Source: Serratia sp. PL17
Lineage (GTDB): Bacteria; Pseudomonadota; Gammaproteobacteria; Enterobacterales; Enterobacteriaceae
Length of the DNA stretch: 24,000 bases
NCBI RefSeq assembly: GCF_017832355.1
Contig: NZ_JAFIBY010000001.1
Coordinates: 1,780,209-1,804,208, forward strand
Direction: 5' to 3'
Made by a program: the position numbers and the translations under genes
The notes under the pieces: generated by a model
Told to the model about the DNA's origin: nothing
The model's input: only the letters and a program-made list of their open reading frames with translations
Database searches by the model: none
Part shown: positions 21,944 to 24,000 of the stretch, in pieces
How positions within the stretch are numbered: position 1 is the first letter of the stretch
Layout: every line of letters starts with the position of its first letter

Positions 21944-22220
21944 ACTCACCGAACGGGCGGCAGAAGACTTCGCCGGGATTTATGACTATACGCTCTTAAA
22001 ATTTGGTGAAGCTCAGGCAGACCATTATACAGACGCACTTGAGGCATTTTTCGAGACGCTGGCCGGAATGCCTGATATGGGGCGGGACTACAATACCGTC
22101 CCTGGTGTGATGCGCATTGAATTTCAGCGACATGCCATTTTTTATACGGTCCGTGATACGGATATTCTGATTGCACGTATTTTGCACCAACAGATGAACC
22201 ATAAACGCCATTTACTGTAA
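21936..22220 (+). CDS. parE: ParE/RelE-superfamily type II toxin
   Basis: 94 aa. MYKLTERAAEDFAGIYDYT...RIEFQRHAIFYTVRDTDILIARILHQQM is the typical ParE pattern. GTG start overlaps the parD stop. Confidence 0.85.
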   Translation: MYKLTERAAEDFAGIYDYTLLKFGEAQADHYTDALEAFFETLAGMPDMGRDYNTVPGVMRIEFQRHAIFYTVRDTDILIARILHQQMNHKRHLL

Positions 22221-22312
22221 ATCTAAACACGCTGCCGCGCTTTGCTTGGCCAACACCGATCCGGCACATAAAAAATTTATGCACCAGATCAGTGTTCTCG
22301 GAAAAAAGTAGT

Positions 22313-22348
22313 GTGTTTTTGAGTTAATGTGTATTTACACATTTGAGT
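22313..22348. repeat. Array of ParG-type tetramer boxes immediately downstream of parG
   Basis: GTGT-tttt-GAGT-taat-GTGT-attt-ACAC-attt-GAGT in strict 8-bp register (box starts 22313, 22321, 22329, 22337, 22345). Confidence 0.55.
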
Positions 22349-22350
22349 TT

Positions 22351-22578
22351 TTAACTGTCATTTTCTTTCAGCCAGTTATCAACCAAGTCCTTTATTACAT
22401 CAGTAATAGATGTACCTTGCTTTGCACACGCAGCTTTGAAGCGGATATGTATTTCTTCATCAAAGTTAACGTTGACTCTCTTCTGCTTTCCTGTGGGTGT
22501 GCTATTGACGACTTTTTCAAGATCACGATGCTCACCGAAACTCATTGTTTTTGATGTATGTTGTTTAGTTAGTGCCAT
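22351..22578 (-). CDS. parG: ParG ribbon-helix-helix centromere-binding protein (TP228 type)
   Basis: HTSKTMSFGEHRDLEKVV...KRVNVNFDEEIHIRFKAACAKQGTSITDVIKDLVDNWLKEN closely matches my recollection of TP228 ParG. Confidence 0.85.
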   Translation of the reverse strand: MALTKQHTSKTMSFGEHRDLEKVVNSTPTGKQKRVNVNFDEEIHIRFKAACAKQGTSITDVIKDLVDNWLKENDS

Positions 22579-22603
22579 ACATAACCTCTTAATATGCTAA
22601 AAT

Positions 22604-22623
22604 GAGTATATGAGTTTTTACTC
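22604..22623. repeat. Three tetramer boxes spanning the parF stop and the parF-parG intergenic region
   Basis: GAGT (22604), atat, GAGT (22612), tttt, ACTC (22620), in 8-bp register. Confidence 0.5.
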
Positions 22624-23238
22624 AAATGATTCAAGTATTTCTCGCGTCAAAATGGCTATCTCGCCCTTCGCTGCTCCATCGTTGGTATCGAAAACGCTCT
22701 CACCCTCCATCACGGATTTAACGTAACTTTGGCGCTGTGTGATCGCTGTTTTGAACGGCTTAATACCCGTCTGAGCAATGCTATCTTTCAGGACGTTAAG
22801 CATGGTGGCTTGTTCAATTTTCCGTGTGATGAGGAATCTAGCTTCTACCGGACGATTATAAGCCTGGGCTTCCAGTACAGTTACTACAGAACCGGCAGCG
22901 GAAAAATCCAGAGGGCTGGGTGTTACCGGGATGATAATCAGATCGCTGACCATAACGGCTGCTGAAGTAATAACTGATAGAGAACCGGCACCATCAATAA
23001 TGACAAAGTCATATTCAGCAAGATCCTTTCTTACCTGGTAAACGTCTTTCTCTGATGCTGCGGTGTAAACATCGAATGCTGCTTTCTCTGCTTTATTCCA
23101 GTTAGTCAGGCTCATCTGCGGGTCTGTATCTACAACTGCAATTTTCTTACCCGAACTGGCAAGGCAGCTACTGACGTTGATTGCAGCAGTCGTTTTACCA
23201 GACCCCCCTTTGGGGTTGAGGAACGCGATGATTTTCAT
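22618..23238 (-). CDS. parF: ParF partition ATPase (type Ib, ParA superfamily, TP228 type)
   Basis: Deviant Walker A NPKGGSGKTT. DTDPQMSLTNW, IIDGAGSLSVITSAAVMVSDLIIIPVTPSPLDFSAAGSVVTVLEAQAY and RFLITRKIE are as in TP228 ParF. 206 aa. Confidence 0.9.
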   Translation of the reverse strand: MKIIAFLNPKGGSGKTTAAINVSSCLASSGKKIAVVDTDPQMSLTNWNKAEKAAFDVYTAASEKDVYQVRKDLAEYDFVIIDGAGSLSVITSAAVMVSDLIIIPVTPSPLDFSAAGSVVTVLEAQAYNRPVEARFLITRKIEQATMLNVLKDSIAQTGIKPFKTAITQRQSYVKSVMEGESVFDTNDGAAKGEIAILTREILESFE

Positions 23239-23253
23239 GTCTAAACCTCATTT

Positions 23254-23336
23254 GTGTGTTTACTCACTTGAGTTTAATTATACACATAAACTCAAATGAG
23301 TAAATGTGTTTTGAATGTGTAAATGAGTATATGTGT
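23254..23336. repeat. parH: parH-like centromere/operator: ACTC/GAGT tetramer boxes with 4-bp AT-rich spacers upstream of parF
   Basis: Sub-arrays GTGT(23254)-ACTC(23262)-GAGT(23270); ACAC(23282)-ACTC(23290)-GAGT(23298)-GTGT(23306); GTGT(23317)-GAGT(23325)-GTGT(23333). Confidence 0.65.
23277..23304 (-). promoter_or_regulatory. Putative parFG promoter embedded in the tetramer-box array
   Basis: The minus strand reads TTTACT (23304-23299), N16, TATAAT (23282-23277). Confidence 0.45.
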
Positions 23337-23490
23337 GTTTTTAAGGATTATACCTTGCGGGGGATGTTGGTTCTAACTGCTACTAGTGACTTATTGCCAA
23401 CCTCCATCGTATTCACTCCACGTTTCAGCGTGCTTTAATTCTTAACGAGTGTATCTTTATTCATATTTTGTAACGAATGAGGGGGCGGCG

Positions 23491-24000
23491 ATGGAAGTGA
23501 ACATCAAAGACATTACGGGTAACTGGGATCATGGTGTCGTACTGGACAAGCACAGCAAGTTCAGCGTGGTGACAGGACAAAAAGAGTGGGGTCACAACAT
23601 TTATGACACTACGCGTACCGAGGTAGGCGAAGCTGTTTATCAGCTTAAATATAAATCTGACTGGACTCAGGTTCAGCCGCTGGCCAAATACCTTTATGCT
23701 AAAGCCTACCCACTATTTCAAAAAGTCGGGTTCATTCTCCCTATGGCCGCTTCTAACGTCCGGGCACGGCAGCCTGTTACAGAGGTTGCTCAAGCGCTGG
23801 CACAATTAGCCGGTGTCCCCTGCTTTGACGATCTTCTGTTGAAAGCTCCAGGGGGTGTTTCACTCAAGAATCTGAATACCAAGCAGGAAAAAGTTGATGC
23901 CATTGGCGGCAGCTTTTCCATAAATCCTGTTATCTCTAATGAAGGCAAATGTATTAGACGTCAATTACTTTTGCCGGGGGTCATGTATTCAATGTGTTGA
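23491..24000 (+). CDS. ComF-like phosphoribosyltransferase-fold protein, apparently truncated before the PRPP-binding motif (stop codon is the last 3 nt of the window)
   Basis: The ATG at 23491 is preceded by GAGGGGG. The pattern YQLKYKSDW...LAKYL...ILPMAASNVRARQPVTEVAQALAQLAGVP...LKNL....EK...IGGSFSI......GK follows the ComF/PRTase scaffold. The expected hydrophobic-DD-x-x-(T/S)G-x-T loop does not follow. The ORF ends ...CIRRQLLLPGVMYSMC-TGA, while the +1 frame stays open to the window end. Confidence 0.5.
   Translation: MEVNIKDITGNWDHGVVLDKHSKFSVVTGQKEWGHNIYDTTRTEVGEAVYQLKYKSDWTQVQPLAKYLYAKAYPLFQKVGFILPMAASNVRARQPVTEVAQALAQLAGVPCFDDLLLKAPGGVSLKNLNTKQEKVDAIGGSFSINPVISNEGKCIRRQLLLPGVMYSMC

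Noticed and set aside
1-24000. Search for CRISPR arrays, tRNA/rRNA genes, integrons (attC) and IS elements
   Set aside because: I saw no regularly spaced 25-40 bp repeats with unique spacers, no cloverleaf-compatible segments, and no integrase or transposase-like ORFs. The Y-shaped element at 808-934 lacks the GTTRRRY/RYYYAAC core sites of attC.

Overview
The window reads as nearly continuous backbone of a self-transmissible enterobacterial-type plasmid. I saw no rRNA, tRNA, CRISPR array, transposase or integrase.

Gene content, left to right:
- A 5'-truncated ardC antirestriction gene.
- A minus-strand operon of a VirD4-like coupling protein, a CloDF13 MobC-like (MOB_C, PD-(D/E)XK-type) relaxase candidate and a PLD-family Nuc nuclease.
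- A 700-bp gene-free, heavily repeated and structured region (4072-4772), the best oriT candidate.
- A possible hha-like gene, then hns and topB (topoisomerase III).
- Two small secreted proteins.
- A complete VirB/PilX-type T4SS, virB11 back to virB1. It includes a VirB3-VirB4 fusion, an Eex lipoprotein and a 45-aa VirB7 lipoprotein missing from the ORF track.
- An RfaH/ActX-like regulator upstream of the T4SS operon.
- An XRE regulator.
- An IncFII-type replicon: CopA-like antisense RNA, leader peptide, RepA, and an origin region with DnaA boxes.
- parDE toxin-antitoxin genes.
- A TP228-type parF-parG partition cassette with ACTC/GAGT tetramer arrays.
- A ComF-like phosphoribosyltransferase-fold ORF that stops exactly at the window edge.

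I do not see a clear new multi-gene protein system. The most interesting unexplained signals are non-coding or regulatory:
1. Two Y-shaped nested inverted-repeat elements, at 808-934 and 4334-4504.
2. A perfect 23-bp palindrome with periodic heptamers beside the relaxase operon.
3. A canonical SOS-box-like palindrome on the actX promoter, plus a strand-specific intrinsic terminator between actX and the T4SS genes.
4. The edge-truncated PRTase-like gene.

All protein calls rest on motifs and remembered family features read by eye. No database search was run.
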